A stretch of DNA of 57,599 bases from Salpingoeca rosetta. Lineage: Eukaryota > Protista > Choanoflagellata. The DNA lies in assembly GCA_033442325.1 (NCBI GenBank), contig JAWQFM010000025.1, forward strand, positions 262,030 through 319,628, read 5' to 3'. Under the pieces are notes generated by a model, which was not told the DNA's origin, did not search any database, and saw only the letters and a program-made list of their open reading frames with translations. This document shows, piece after piece, positions 1 through 12,848 of the stretch (positions are counted from its first letter, which is position 1; each line of letters begins with the position of its first letter). The position numbers were made by a program, and so were the translations under genes.

Positions 1-902
1 TTTGGGGGGGGGAGTGGTGGGTGCGTGAGTGATTGGTGTTGAGCGACATGTACTTTGTGCAACACAGTACACGCAAATCAGGAGACACAAAAAAAAAAAA
101 TACCAACACCCCATCCTCGATCACCAGCCAACGACAACAACACCACCATCACCACCACGGCATCGCCATTCGCAATACCGCCATACCGCCGTGTTGAATC
201 CGAGCGCGACGCTGCGCCGCACGCGCTGGGCGATGGGCGGGTGCAGGTGCGCTGCGATGAGCACGAGAAAGTCGATGAGGGTAGCCCACACGGCCGGGTG
301 GTTGCGCGACGTGTGCCGGAGGAGGAGGATGCCGGGCTCAATGTTCATGATGTTGTCGCCGCGCTCAAACACAAGCAGGTCGAAGAACAGCGCCTGGAAC
401 CAATAAAAGTGGGGGGGATGGGGGATGTGAAGGAAGGAGGTGGGTGCGTGAAACTTGATCATTGTTCGCGTGTGAATGGTTGTGTGCACGTGTGCATGTG
501 TGTATGTGTGTGTGTGTATGTGCGATGTGCGAAGTGGCGAGGAGGTTGAAGCGCGCCTGACTCCCATCTCCCGCAGCATGGCTGCGACCACCACCAGCCC
601 TCTCGCCCGTCCACAACACCAACTTCAATCACCGCGAGTGCCCACCAGCTTTGCGTTCTGTCCGCCGGCGTTTGTGCTGCACGACATCAGCAGCTGCAGC
701 ACAACCTCAAACCGCTTTACAATCGGAGACGCCAGCACCTGCGCATGGGCGGTAATTGCCGGGGGATGCGTGGGTGCGTGGGTGAGGAAACATGGGGGTA
801 TGTGGGTGAGGAGAGAAGGCAACTGTGCGCAAGTTTGCACCCTTACGTACGCACACGTCACACATACACACACGTAAAAACACACGCGCACGTCACACAC
901 AT

Positions 903-973
<71 letters not shown>

Positions 974-1633
974 TCACCTTGTTGCTTGGGTGGTAGTTGC
1001 AGCAGATGAAGCGGATGAGGTCTGCAACGAGCGGTTCCGCCCACTCGCCGCCGACGTGGCGCTCCGTGAACCATCGCACGTGCTTTGTTGCCTCACACGT
1101 GTGCAGCTGATGCGATGATGGCAGATGAGTTGGGAGGGGTGGTTGGGGGGATGGGGCATTAGGAAGGACAGGATGGGTGACGCGAGGGTAGGATGAGTCA
1201 AGTGTGGGGATTGATATTGACGCAACAAAACACATTCGCTCGAGTACAGATACACGTAAACACAGACACACACACACACACACGCAGACACACACACACG
1301 CAGACATGCACACACACAAATACACACAAATACACGCACAAATACACACGCACATAAATATACATAAATACACGCACAAATACACACGCACACACAACCC
1401 AAGCGCTGCGCACGTGTGTGAGGATGAACATGAGGTGGGCTTCGACGAGCGGTGGAATCCGCATTGCAATCACGCGTCGTGAACTGCGGGTGAACAGCAC
1501 AGACGCAATGCTGCCAACAACGGTGGTGGTGGTGATGAAGATGGTACTGTGAGGAAACTCGGAGGCGAGAGGAATATGCTGGGCAATCTAAACACACACG
1601 CACACACACACACACACACAACTACACGCACAA

Positions 1634-1699
<66 letters not shown>

Positions 1700-2059
1700 N
1701 NNNNNNNNNNNNNNNNNNNNNNNNNNNNNNNNNNNNNNNNNNNNNNNNNNNNNNNNNNNNNNNNNNNNNNNNNNNNNNNNNNNNNNNNNNNNNNNNNNNN
1801 NNNNNNNNNNNNNNNNNNNNNNNNNNNNNNNNNNNNNNNNNNNNNNNNNNNNNNNNNNNNNNNNNNNNNNNNNNNNNNNNNNNNNNNNNNNNNNNNNNNN
1901 NNNNNNNNNNNNNNNNNNNNNNNNNNNNNNNNNNNNNNNNNNNNNNNNNNNNNNNNNNNNNNNNNNNNNNNNNNNNNNNNNNNNNNNNNNNNNNNNNNNN
2001 NNNNNNNNNNNNNNNNNNNNNNNNNNNNNNNNNNNNNNNNNNNNNNNNNNNNNNNNNNN

Positions 2060-2145
<86 letters not shown>

Positions 2146-2490
2146 GCACACAAACGCACCCTCAACTCTCCCCCTGCCTTCTATCCATCACCATACTCAC
2201 CTCCGCGTCCCTGAGCGGGTGCAGGGCCTCGATGCAGTGGTGTTCAACCATCAGCCGCAGCAGCACATACACACACGCCTGCACCGTCTCCCGCCGCCCC
2301 GCCAGGAACTGGCTGTGCGCAGACATGATCTGATGCGCAACAGAGACAAGGGAAGGGGGTAGACAAGTGGTTGATTGTGGTGTCGGTATTCGTGGTGGTG
2401 ATGATGATGATTGTGGTGGTGGTGTTGATGGTGGTGGCAATGCAGTAGGCAAACGCCCCTGACAAAACACGCACGCACACACACACACAC

Positions 2491-2565
<75 letters not shown>

Positions 2566-2783
2566 ATGCATACACCGCACACACACACACACATACCTTG
2601 AGCAGCTGCCTGAGTAGGCCCGTCCTCGTCTTGTTGGTGGCTGTGTTGCTCGACAGCTGGCGCAGCGCACACACGAACACGTCTGAATCGGCGTGGTGTT
2701 GGAGGCGGTTGGGGGTTGTGGGGATGAAGATGAGGGTAGGGGCACTGTGAGCAAGCAGTCACCAGCAAGAAGCATGTTTACAG

Positions 2784-2858
<75 letters not shown>

Positions 2859-2904
2859 TACACACAGTCCCGCGCACCGTGCATGTCTGACACACACACA
2901 CACG

Positions 2905-2940
<36 letters not shown>

Positions 2941-3486
2941 TACACACAGTCCCGCGCACCGTGCATGTCTGGGATGCGGGATTCCAGCATTTGATCAATC
3001 AGCCACAGGAGCTGAAAGGAGTGAATATGGGCAACACATGACAGTGTGAGCACTGAGACCGAGAAGCAAGAGAGCGTTCACACACATACACATGCACATG
3101 CACATACACATACACATACATACACATGTACACACACACACACACGCACATACACACACACGCGCGCGCGCATCGCACCTGCGTCTGACAGGATGCGCGC
3201 AGACGAGGGAACTTATCCTGGGCAAGGTAGCCCACGTTGCGGACCAATACAGTATGATCCGCCTGGCCAATGGCAGCAAGGTCCGCCCACGCACGCGGTG
3301 CCTGACTGGCGTCCACCAAGATGGTGTACAGCAGGCCGACCACAAACATGTCCCGCTTCTGCTTGGACACCGACGCCTGCTCCAGCAGTCGCAGCTGTGC
3401 ATCCGCCTCAGAAACGCCCTACAGATGTGCGCGCGTGTGTGTAAGTGTGTGTGTTGTTGGTGCAATGACGCGTGTGCAAGCAGCTG

Positions 3487-3555
<69 letters not shown>

Positions 3556-3834
3556 CACCCCCCCCCCACACTCACACACATACACATTTCTACCCACCTG
3601 GGTGGCGGCACACAGTTCTTCGTGTGCCTTTTCCCAGCTGGCATCGAGACGGTCCTTGGCATCCAGCAAACTCGACCTGAGGACGCAGGCAAGCAGGGAA
3701 GCGGGGAAGAAGGGGATGTTCGCCATTTGTGTGTGAAGCATCAAAAAATGGAGAGCGGGCTGGAAGACGCATGCAGGTTCATGACAGCTGTCCCATCGAC
3801 CACATCCACCACGCAAAATCCATGCATAAAAGTC

Positions 3835-3885
<51 letters not shown>

Positions 3886-4000
3886 AACAACATGCCAACG
3901 CGACTCACTCAAACAGGCGTGATATTGTCTTCACGCGGTGGTCGTGGTCCGGCGGCGCTTGGCCATGCTGGTGGACGAAGGCAGGCACAGGTGCACTCAT
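1..4000 (-). CDS. INTS3: Integrator complex subunit 3 / SOSS-A-like, multi-exon, 3' part beyond the window's left edge
   Basis: Spliced exons read MSAPV...SRLFE|SSLLDAKDRLDASWEK, VVGLLYTILVDASQAPRAWADL...QDKFPRLRASCQTQ, ACVYVLLRLMVEHH, SSRRVIAMRIPPLVEAHLMFIL, LVADLIRFICCNYHPSNK, VLASPIVKRFEVVLQLLMSCSTNAGGQNAKL, ALFFDLLVFERGDNIMNIEPGILLLRH...ATLIDFL. These are colinear with remembered INTS3 motifs (SLDAKDELE; DLIRYICGVVHPSNE; NAKLALFYDWL; IMNIEPAIL). ATG at 4000; exon 1 is 3909-4000 with a GTGAGT donor and is phase-compatible with the next exon. Confidence 0.88.
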
Positions 4001-4965
4001 CACAACCAACCAACCAACCAGCCAGCAGGAAGCGGTGTTGTGCTGGAGACGTGTGTGTGTGTGTGTGTGTGTGTNNNNNNNNNNNNNNNNNNNNNNNNNN
4101 NNNNNNNNNNNNNNNNNNNNNNNNNNNNNNNNNNNNNNNNNNNNNNNNNNNNNNNNNNNNNNNNNNNNNNNNNNNNNNNNNNNNNNNNNNNNNNNNNNNN
4201 NNNNNNNNNNNNNNNNNNNNNNNNNNNNNNNNNNNNNNNNNNNNNNNNNNNNNNNNNNNNNNNNNNNNNNNNNNNNNNNNNNNNNNNNNNNNNNNNNNNN
4301 NNNNNNNNNNNNNNNNNNNNNNNNNNNNNNNNNNNNNNNNNNNNNNNNNNNNNNNNNNNNNNNNNNNNNNNNNNNNNNNNNNNNNNNNNNNNNNNNNNNN
4401 NNNNNNNNNNNNNNNNNNNNNNNNNNNNNNNNNNNNNNNNNNNNNNNNNNNNNNNNNNNNNNNNNNNNNNNNNNNNNNNNNNNNNNNNNNNNNNNNNNNN
4501 NNNNNNNNNNNNNNNNNNNNNNNNNNNNNNNNNNNNNNNNNNNNNNNNNNNNNNNNNNNNNNNNNNNNNNNNNNNNNNNNNNNNNNNNNNNNNNNNNNNN
4601 NNNNNNNNNNNNNNNNNNNNNNNNNNNNNNNNNNNNNNNNNNNNNNNNNNNNNNNNNNNNNNNNNNNNNNNNNNNNNNNNNNNNNNNNNNNNNNNNNNNN
4701 NNNNNNNNNNNNNNNNNNNNNNNNNNNNNNNNNNNNNNNNNNNNNNNNNNNNNNNNNNNNNNNNNNNNNNNNNNNNNNNNNNNNNNNNNNNNNNNNNNNN
4801 NNNNNNNNNNNNNNNNNNNNNNNNNNNNNNNNNNNNNNNNNNNNNNNNNNNNNNNNNNNNNNNNNNNNNNNNNNNNNNNNNNNNNNNNNNNNNNNNNNNN
4901 NNNNNNNNNNNNNNNNNNNNNNNNNNNNNNNNNNNNNNNNNNNNNNNNNNNNNNNNNNNNNNNNN

Positions 4966-5290
4966 CCCGTTAGGTGCATTAGACATAACTCGAGTTTTCC
5001 CACTGGTTTCACATGTTGGTGGGTTTTTATAAGAACATGGGTCACTGAATGATTCACTAAAATCATCTATACTGCTCAAGATGTGAGTATTATTATATTG
5101 TGGGGTACGAGGAGTGATGTAATCCGCCTAGCAATCACAAGTTTTGAAATGAGGATGAACAAGCCAGAGGCAATGCTGCCCTCAACGGCGTTAGTGGTTA
5201 TAAAGATGGTATTATGAGGAAAGTAGGAGGCGAGAGGTATATGTTGAGCAATCTAAACACGCACTCACACACACATGACACACACACACA

Positions 5291-5379
<89 letters not shown>

Positions 5380-5690
5380 CACAGAGGGCACGCAGCACAC
5401 GTGGTAGCACAATACAGCCGAGGCCAGGACGTACTCCTTGAAGTCCGGCGCGAGCGAGTGGGGCCGGGTGTAGATGGCGGCCGCAGGAGCACATACACAC
5501 ACGCCTGCACCGTCTCCCGCCGCCCCGCCCGGAACTGGCTGTGCGCAGACATGATCTGATGCGCAACAGAGACAAGGGAAGGGGGTAGACAAGTGGTTGA
5601 TTGTGGTGTCGGTATTCGTGGGGGTGATGATGATGATTGTGGTGGTGGTGTTGATGGTGGTGGCAATGCAGTAGGCAAACGCCCCTGACG

Positions 5691-5779
<89 letters not shown>

Positions 5780-6011
5780 CACCGCCACCATGGGGGCCTC
5801 ACCAATGTCGGCTGGCTGGGACGCCGTGTTGGTGATGATGGGCGGGTGGCGAGTGGCAAATCCGTCCTGCGACGACGAGCCCGAGGCAGTCGTGGTACTC
5901 GCGCTGCCGGCGGCAATGCCGGTGGTGGCACCTGCTGCTGTTGATGATGATGACGATGGTTGTGATGGTTTGGAGTGTGGGGGTGTTGCCAGCCCGAGCG
6001 GGATGATGCGA
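4966..6011. other. Chimeric/misassembled contig made of INTS3 and CHAF1B fragments
   Basis: ~5150-5270 is an error-rich copy of ~1485-1600; ~5488-5690 is near-identical to ~2262-2464; ~5777-6011 is identical to ~8616-8850. Flanked by N gaps. Confidence 0.75.
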
Positions 6012-6111
6012 NNNNNNNNNNNNNNNNNNNNNNNNNNNNNNNNNNNNNNNNNNNNNNNNNNNNNNNNNNNNNNNNNNNNNNNNNNNNNNNNNNNNNNNNN
6101 NNNNNNNNNNN

Positions 6112-6437
6112 GATGACGATGATGATGCTACTGATGCTGCCACTGCGTTGTCCGTGCACCAGACTGCTTGTCCTTCCTCGCTTGGTCAGCACCAGCACTG
6201 TCAACGCCACCACCCTTGCTGCACCCTCCACTGCTTTCGTCGCCTCAACCTCCGCTTTCGCCTGCTTGTCCTTTCCCCTTGTCTGCCTTGGTGTCCCCGT
6301 CACCACCAGCGAGCGGCGGGGATGCAATGGGTGTCCCGAGCTCCCCGCTGCCAAAGTGCACGCTACTGCAATACCCGTCCTCAGACGACACAACCAGCAC
6401 CCGTCCGTCACGCGACCTGTGGTGGTGTTGTGTTGTG

Positions 6438-6494
<57 letters not shown>

Positions 6495-7635
6495 AGTGAA
6501 CGTGTTTGACTTTAGCACGAGGCTTTTGAGCAGCTCATCATAAGCACATCATCCCCTCCTCTTCACCATCGAGCCCCCCCCCCGCCTCCGCTTGCATTCT
6601 TCTCCGCACGTGCACGCGTACCACGCTGCGTCTGTGAGCGCGGCCTTGTGTGTCCCTGCGACGACGGCGAGCGGGGCGGCCTGGTGCGTGTCGTACACCA
6701 GCACAGCACGCTTCGTCACCACAGCATACACCATCCGGTGCCGCAGGCTAATGGCAATGGTGGTGGTGGTGGTGGTGGTGGTGGTGGTGGTGGCAAATGG
6801 TCGTGGGCATGACATGTTGGTGTGAGATACATGGTGGCAATGGAGAAGCACAATCGCAGCTGCACACACACACACACATAGAACATGCACACACACGCAC
6901 AAACACATATCAACACACATACCGACACCACCACTCACCCTGCAAAGATGCCTGTGAGCGGCTGCCCATCGCGTGTGCGCGCGGCGTAAAACTGCGGCGA
7001 AAAGCGGACGGAGATCGTTGTCATGCGTGCAGGCAACCGCAGCACGGGCCTGCAGCGGTGACGTGGCGTTTGGTGATGTCGTAGGTGGTGATGTCGTTTT
7101 GTATTTTTTTTTGTTTTGAGAAAGGGTCGCGTGTGAGTGTATACATGGTTGTTGGATTGTGCGAGAGTGTGTCGAGGTAAGCTACCTCATCGACAGAGTT
7201 TTTTGTGCTTCACATACGCATCGTCCCCTGCAACGCTCCCCACCTTCCACCTCAGCGCCCCCCCCCGCCCGCCTCGTCCTGCCACAACTTACTGGGCTGG
7301 CATGCTGCTGCGGAAGACGTACGAAGCAAACCGAGGCTGACCTGCACCCAGCACATGCACATACATACATGGGATACATGCCCACAACATCAGCCACAAT
7401 GCATAGATCTTGAACACATCACCCATGACACGTGCACACACACGCGCACACACACACACACACAACACCAACACGCACACACACACGCAGGGGCGCACCG
7501 TGTGTGTCCCTGTATGTGCCGGCGGGGCAGATGAAGAGCGAGCCATCGGGCGAATACGACGGCCGGCGAAAGTACAGCGTCTTCGTCTCGTCAACAAACA
7601 TCCGCTCCCGTTTGGGCCGCTGCTACTCGTGGTGA
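6112..7635 (-). repeat. Near-identical duplicate of 9383-10906 (part of CHAF1B), probably an assembly artefact
   Basis: Offset of 3271 bp, introns essentially identical, only a few substitutions and 1-bp indels near its left end, gaps on both sides. Confidence 0.85.
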
Positions 7636-8336
7636 NNNNNNNNNNNNNNNNNNNNNNNNNNNNNNNNNNNNNNNNNNNNNNNNNNNNNNNNNNNNNNNNN
7701 NNNNNNNNNNNNNNNNNNNNNNNNNNNNNNNNNNNNNNNNNNNNNNNNNNNNNNNNNNNNNNNNNNNNNNNNNNNNNNNNNNNNNNNNNNNNNNNNNNNN
7801 NNNNNNNNNNNNNNNNNNNNNNNNNNNNNNNNNNNNNNNNNNNNNNNNNNNNNNNNNNNNNNNNNNNNNNNNNNNNNNNNNNNNNNNNNNNNNNNNNNNN
7901 NNNNNNNNNNNNNNNNNNNNNNNNNNNNNNNNNNNNNNNNNNNNNNNNNNNNNNNNNNNNNNNNNNNNNNNNNNNNNNNNNNNNNNNNNNNNNNNNNNNN
8001 NNNNNNNNNNNNNNNNNNNNNNNNNNNNNNNNNNNNNNNNNNNNNNNNNNNNNNNNNNNNNNNNNNNNNNNNNNNNNNNNNNNNNNNNNNNNNNNNNNNN
8101 NNNNNNNNNNNNNNNNNNNNNNNNNNNNNNNNNNNNNNNNNNNNNNNNNNNNNNNNNNNNNNNNNNNNNNNNNNNNNNNNNNNNNNNNNNNNNNNNNNNN
8201 NNNNNNNNNNNNNNNNNNNNNNNNNNNNNNNNNNNNNNNNNNNNNNNNNNNNNNNNNNNNNNNNNNNNNNNNNNNNNNNNNNNNNNNNNNNNNNNNNNNN
8301 NNNNNNNNNNNNNNNNNNNNNNNNNNNNNNGCGTGA

Positions 8337-8432
8337 TCATGCGTCGCCCGGGCAGCAGCAAACACACGCGTGTTCGTGTGAGATGAAGCAGACAGCGCGC
8401 GTCTGTACGTGTGTGCGTACAAAATGTGTGTG

Positions 8433-8475
<43 letters not shown>

Positions 8476-8525
8476 GGGGCCAGGGAAGGCTGTGCACGTC
8501 CGCATCCCCTCACACTCTCAACACA

Positions 8526-8618
<93 letters not shown>

Positions 8619-9709
8619 CACCGCCACCATGGGGGCCTCACCAATGTCGGCTGGCTGGGACGCCGTGTTGGTGATGATGGGCGGGTGGCGAGTGGCAAAT
8701 CCGTCCTGCGACGACGAGCCCGAGGCAGTCGTGGTACTCGCGCTGCCGGCGGCAATGCCGGTGGTGGCACCTGCTGCTGTTGATGATGATGACGATGGTT
8801 GTGATGGTTTGGAGTGTGGGGGTGTTGCCAGCCCGAGCGGGATGATGCGACGGCGCTGCTTCTGTGTTGCGACACGTGGAGCAAGTGCGTGAGCAAGGTG
8901 CAGAAGAATGCATTCAGGTTCTGTACATGCACTCAGCACGTGCGCGTATCCAGGACACACACGCGCACAACCACACACACATTCACACACAAACACAACC
9001 TGACATGGTCACCTTCTGCTGTGCTGATGGTGACGCGCCTGTCTGTCCCGGTTCCTCCGTCTTGTCGTCCGCACTCCCTTGTCGCTTCTCTGCACCAACA
9101 CCACGTCCACCACTCACACCACCACTACCGCTGCTGCTGCTGCTGCTGCTTGTGGTGCTGTCATCCTTCGTACTGCTGCTGTCTCCGCCACCGCTACTGC
9201 GCCTGTCAGTGGCGCTTGCATTGACAATGACATTGGAAGTGACATTGGAAGTGGAAGTGTCGGGTTGTTTCGCCGCTGTTGGCGTGATTCGCGCCTTCTG
9301 CTTCTTTCGCGGTTTCAATACCGTCACAGCACCACCACCCTGTTGCTGCTGTTGCAGTGACGACGATGACGACGACGATGACGATGACGATGATGATGCT
9401 ACTGATGCTGCCACTGCGTTGTCCGTTGCACCAGACTGCTTGTCCTTCCTCGCTTGGTCAGCACCAGCACTGTCAACGCCACCACCCTTGCCTGCACCCT
9501 CCACTGCCTTCGTCGCCTCAACCTCCGCCTTCGCCTGCTTGTCCTTCCCCTTGTCTGCCTTGGTGTCCCCGTCACCACCAGCGAGCGGCGGGGATGCAAT
9601 GGGTGTCCCGAGCTCCCCGCTGCCAAAGTGCACGCTACTGCAATACCCGTCCTCAGACGACACAACCAGCACCCGTCCGTCACGCGACCTGTGGTGGTGT
9701 TGTGTTGTG

Positions 9710-9766
<57 letters not shown>

Positions 9767-11034
9767 AGTGAACGTGTTTGACTTTAGCACGAGGCTTTTG
9801 AGCAGCTCATCATAAGCACATCATCCCCTCCTCTTCACCATCGAGCCCCCCCCCGCCTCCGCTTGCATTCTTCTCCGCACGTGCACGCGTACCACGCTGC
9901 GTCTGTGAGCGCGGCCTTGTGTGTCCCTGCGACGACGGCGAGCGGGGCGGCCTGGTGCGTGTCGTACACCAGCACAGCACGCTTCGTCACCACAGCATAC
10001 ACCATCCGGTGCCGCAGGCTAATGGCAATGGTGGTGGTGGTGGTGGTGGTGGTGGTGGTGGTGGCAAATGGTCGTGGGCATGACATGTTGGTGTGAGATA
10101 CATGGTGGCAATGGAGAAGCACAATCGCAGCTGCACACACACACACACATAGAACATGCACACACACGCACAAACACATATCAACACACATACCGACACC
10201 ACCACTCACCCTGCAAAGATGCCTGTGAGCGGCTGCCCATCGCGTGTGCGCGCGGCGTAAAACTGCGGCGAAAAGCGGACGGAGATCGTTGTCATGCGTG
10301 CAGGCAACCGCAGCACGGGCCTGCAGCGGTGACGTGGCGTTTGGTGATGTCGTAGGTGGTGATGTCGTTTTGTATTTTTTTTTGTTTTGAGAAAGGGTCG
10401 CGTGTGAGTGTATACATGGTTGTTGGATTGTGCGAGAGTGTGTCGAGGTAAGCTACCTCATCGACAGAGTTTTTTGTGCTTCACATACGCATCGTCCCCT
10501 GCAACGCTCCCCACCTTCCACCTCAGCGCCCCCCCCCGCCCGCCTCGTCCTGCCACAACTTACTGGGCTGGCATGCTGCTGCGGAAGACGTACGAAGCAA
10601 ACCGAGGCTGACCTGCACCCAGCACATGCACATACATACATGGGATACATGCCCACAACATCAGCCACAATGCATAGATCTTGAACACATCACCCATGAC
10701 ACGTGCACACACACGCGCACACACACACACACACAACACCAACACGCACACACACACGCAGGGGCGCACCGTGTGTGTCCCTGTATGTGCCGGCGGGGCA
10801 GATGAAGAGCGAGCCATCGGGCGAATACGACGGCCGGCGAAAGTACAGCGTCTTCGTCTCGTCAACAAACATCCGCTCCCGTTTGGGCCGCTGCTACTCG
10901 TGGTGATGATGATGGTGGTGGTGATGATGGTGGTGGTGATGGTGGTGGTAGCAGTGAGTGAAAGTCAATGTGTTCAATCGATGGAATCACGCAGAGAGTG
11001 AAATGACTTGGTCGCTGTGTCGACGGTCGCAAAA

Positions 11035-11112
<78 letters not shown>

Positions 11113-12190
11113 CACACGCACGCACACACGCACGCACACACCATACACACACAGAGCAACCAAGGCAACCCACCTTGTCATCCTTGTTGTCGTCACCAGC
11201 AGCATCACCACTGTTGCCTCCACTGCTGCTGCTGCTGCCGCCGCTCTGTTTTGCGTGCCGTGCCTGGTCTGTGTCCATGTGTGCGAGTGTGCAGGTTGGC
11301 GTGAACATGTTTCGCGCCTTCTTGCGCCGCGACAGCCCATACACGCGGCACGTGCGGTCGGAGCTCATCGTCAGCAGCTGGTCGCCGCGCGGGCACCACG
11401 CCACCCCCTGCACAAACTGCTTGTGGTCGCGAAACTGCTGCACCAGCTTGCCCGTGGCCACGTTGAAGAGGCACGCCGTGTTGTCGATGGAGCCCGACAG
11501 CAGGAGGCGGCCGTCCTTCGACCACGCCAAGTCGTAGATGTCATCGCGGTGCACCGTGATGCGGCGCTCGTACTTCCACTCTTCCACATTCTCCACCTCG
11601 TCAGCCTCCAGGTTCCCCGTCTTCTCCGCCGCGCCGCCAGTGGCGCCCGACGATGACGACGACGATGCCGCCGTCGAGGATGCTGCTGCTGTCGACGCGG
11701 GTGCTGCCAACACTGTTGCCATCGGACCGACGGCGTGCGGGTGCAGGGCGGGCGCGGGCGTGGGCGCTGGCCGGCGCCACAAGATGATGGTGCCAGAATC
11801 GTCTGCCGCAGCCAGTAGCGCCCCAGAGGGCGAGAACCGCACGCAGTTGACTGACGCCTGGTGCTTGAGCTCCGACAGAAAGGACACCTTTGGGTCCTTG
11901 GCGTCAGTGCAGTCCATCTTCCACACCTTCACGGTGTTGTCGCCGCCGGCTGTTGCCAGCCGATAGCAGTCCCTGCCCAGGGGCCATCTCCTTGCGGTGT
12001 CGGCTGCCCTTCTCTGAGCCGTGTTGCTGCTGTTGCCCTCACTGCCGCTGCCACTGTTGCCCTCCTCGCTGCTGCTGCTGCTGTGTTCACTGTTGCCGAT
12101 GGTTGGATCAAAGTCCACTGCAAACACTGGCTTTGGCACCCCATCCGCTCGGCTAAAGTGCCAGCTGATCTCATGAAACTTGGCACGCAT
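8337..12190 (-). CDS. CHAF1B: Chromatin assembly factor 1 subunit B (p60/Cac2), WD40 protein, multi-exon; 3' end approximate
   Basis: MRAKFHEISWH...KPVFAVDF, RLATAGGDNTVKVWK, VSFLSELKHQASVNCVRFSPSG, HRDDIYDLAWSKDG, DHKQFVQGVAWCP, MFVDETKTLYFRRPSYSPDGSLFICPAG, RMVYAVVTKRAVLVYDTHQ...LTDAAW|SRDGRVLVVSSEDGYCSSVHF, and C-terminal B-domain-like motifs (KARITP, RRRIIPL). ATG at 12190. Confidence 0.9.
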
Positions 12191-12680
12191 GTGTGTGTGT
12201 GTGTGTGAAGAGGGGGGAGGGAAGGTGTGCTGTGTATGGCGGAGGGTGTCTGTGTGCTCGCGCGCAGTTGTGTCTGTTGCGACTTGTGCTTGTTGTTCTG
12301 CTTCTCTGCTCGCTTGCTTTTGTATCCGCTGCCGCTGCGCGCGAAACCCAGTTGGGAAAAACAGTGCAAAACTTAAACAATCATACTCCAAAGGCAAGTT
12401 TGCCTTTTGCCGGTGGTTCTTGAAGGCAATTTTGCCTGTTTTTGTCCTCCCCCTGACCAACGCCACCGTGACGATGATGCCAGTCGACACTCGCGGCCAT
12501 GCTGGCTGACGACAACCAACGACCAAAGATGCAAAGATGCAACCCGCACACAACCACAACCACAACCAACCTGCACGCCACCGTTGTTGTCCTTCGCTTT
12601 GCATCAGTTTGGTCGGGGAAACTGGTCTGCTTGGTCTGTCTGTTTGTTTGCCTTATGGTCAGCCATTCAGCGAAGAGCAG

Positions 12681-12728
12681 AGAGCAGCAGCGAGGACCAG
12701 AGAGCAGCAGCGAGGACCAGAGAGCAGC
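12681..12728. repeat. 20-bp tandem repeat (AGAGCAGCAGCGAGGACCAG x~2.4) in the divergent CHAF1B/RasGEF intergenic region
   Basis: Exact copies at 12681-12700 and 12701-12720 plus a partial copy. Confidence 0.85.
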
Positions 12729-12848
12729 GCGGGACGTTGATGTGACATTGGTGAATCCCAACACAGCAACAAGCAAGGAAAACGCAAAGGCAAAGGAGAG
12801 CTAGAAGCAAGCACCGACGATAGCAACAGCAGCAGGCAAGCACGCACG

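Noticed and set aside
625-4074. Many ORFs rich in CVCV/HTHT dipeptides (here and throughout the window)
   Set aside because: They are translations of intronic or intergenic (TG)n/(CA)n microsatellites, or read through N gaps.
6112-7635. Second CHAF1B gene or pseudogene
   Set aside because: Introns are essentially identical to 9383-10906, the copy is flanked by gaps, and differences cluster near a contig end. More consistent with an assembly duplicate.
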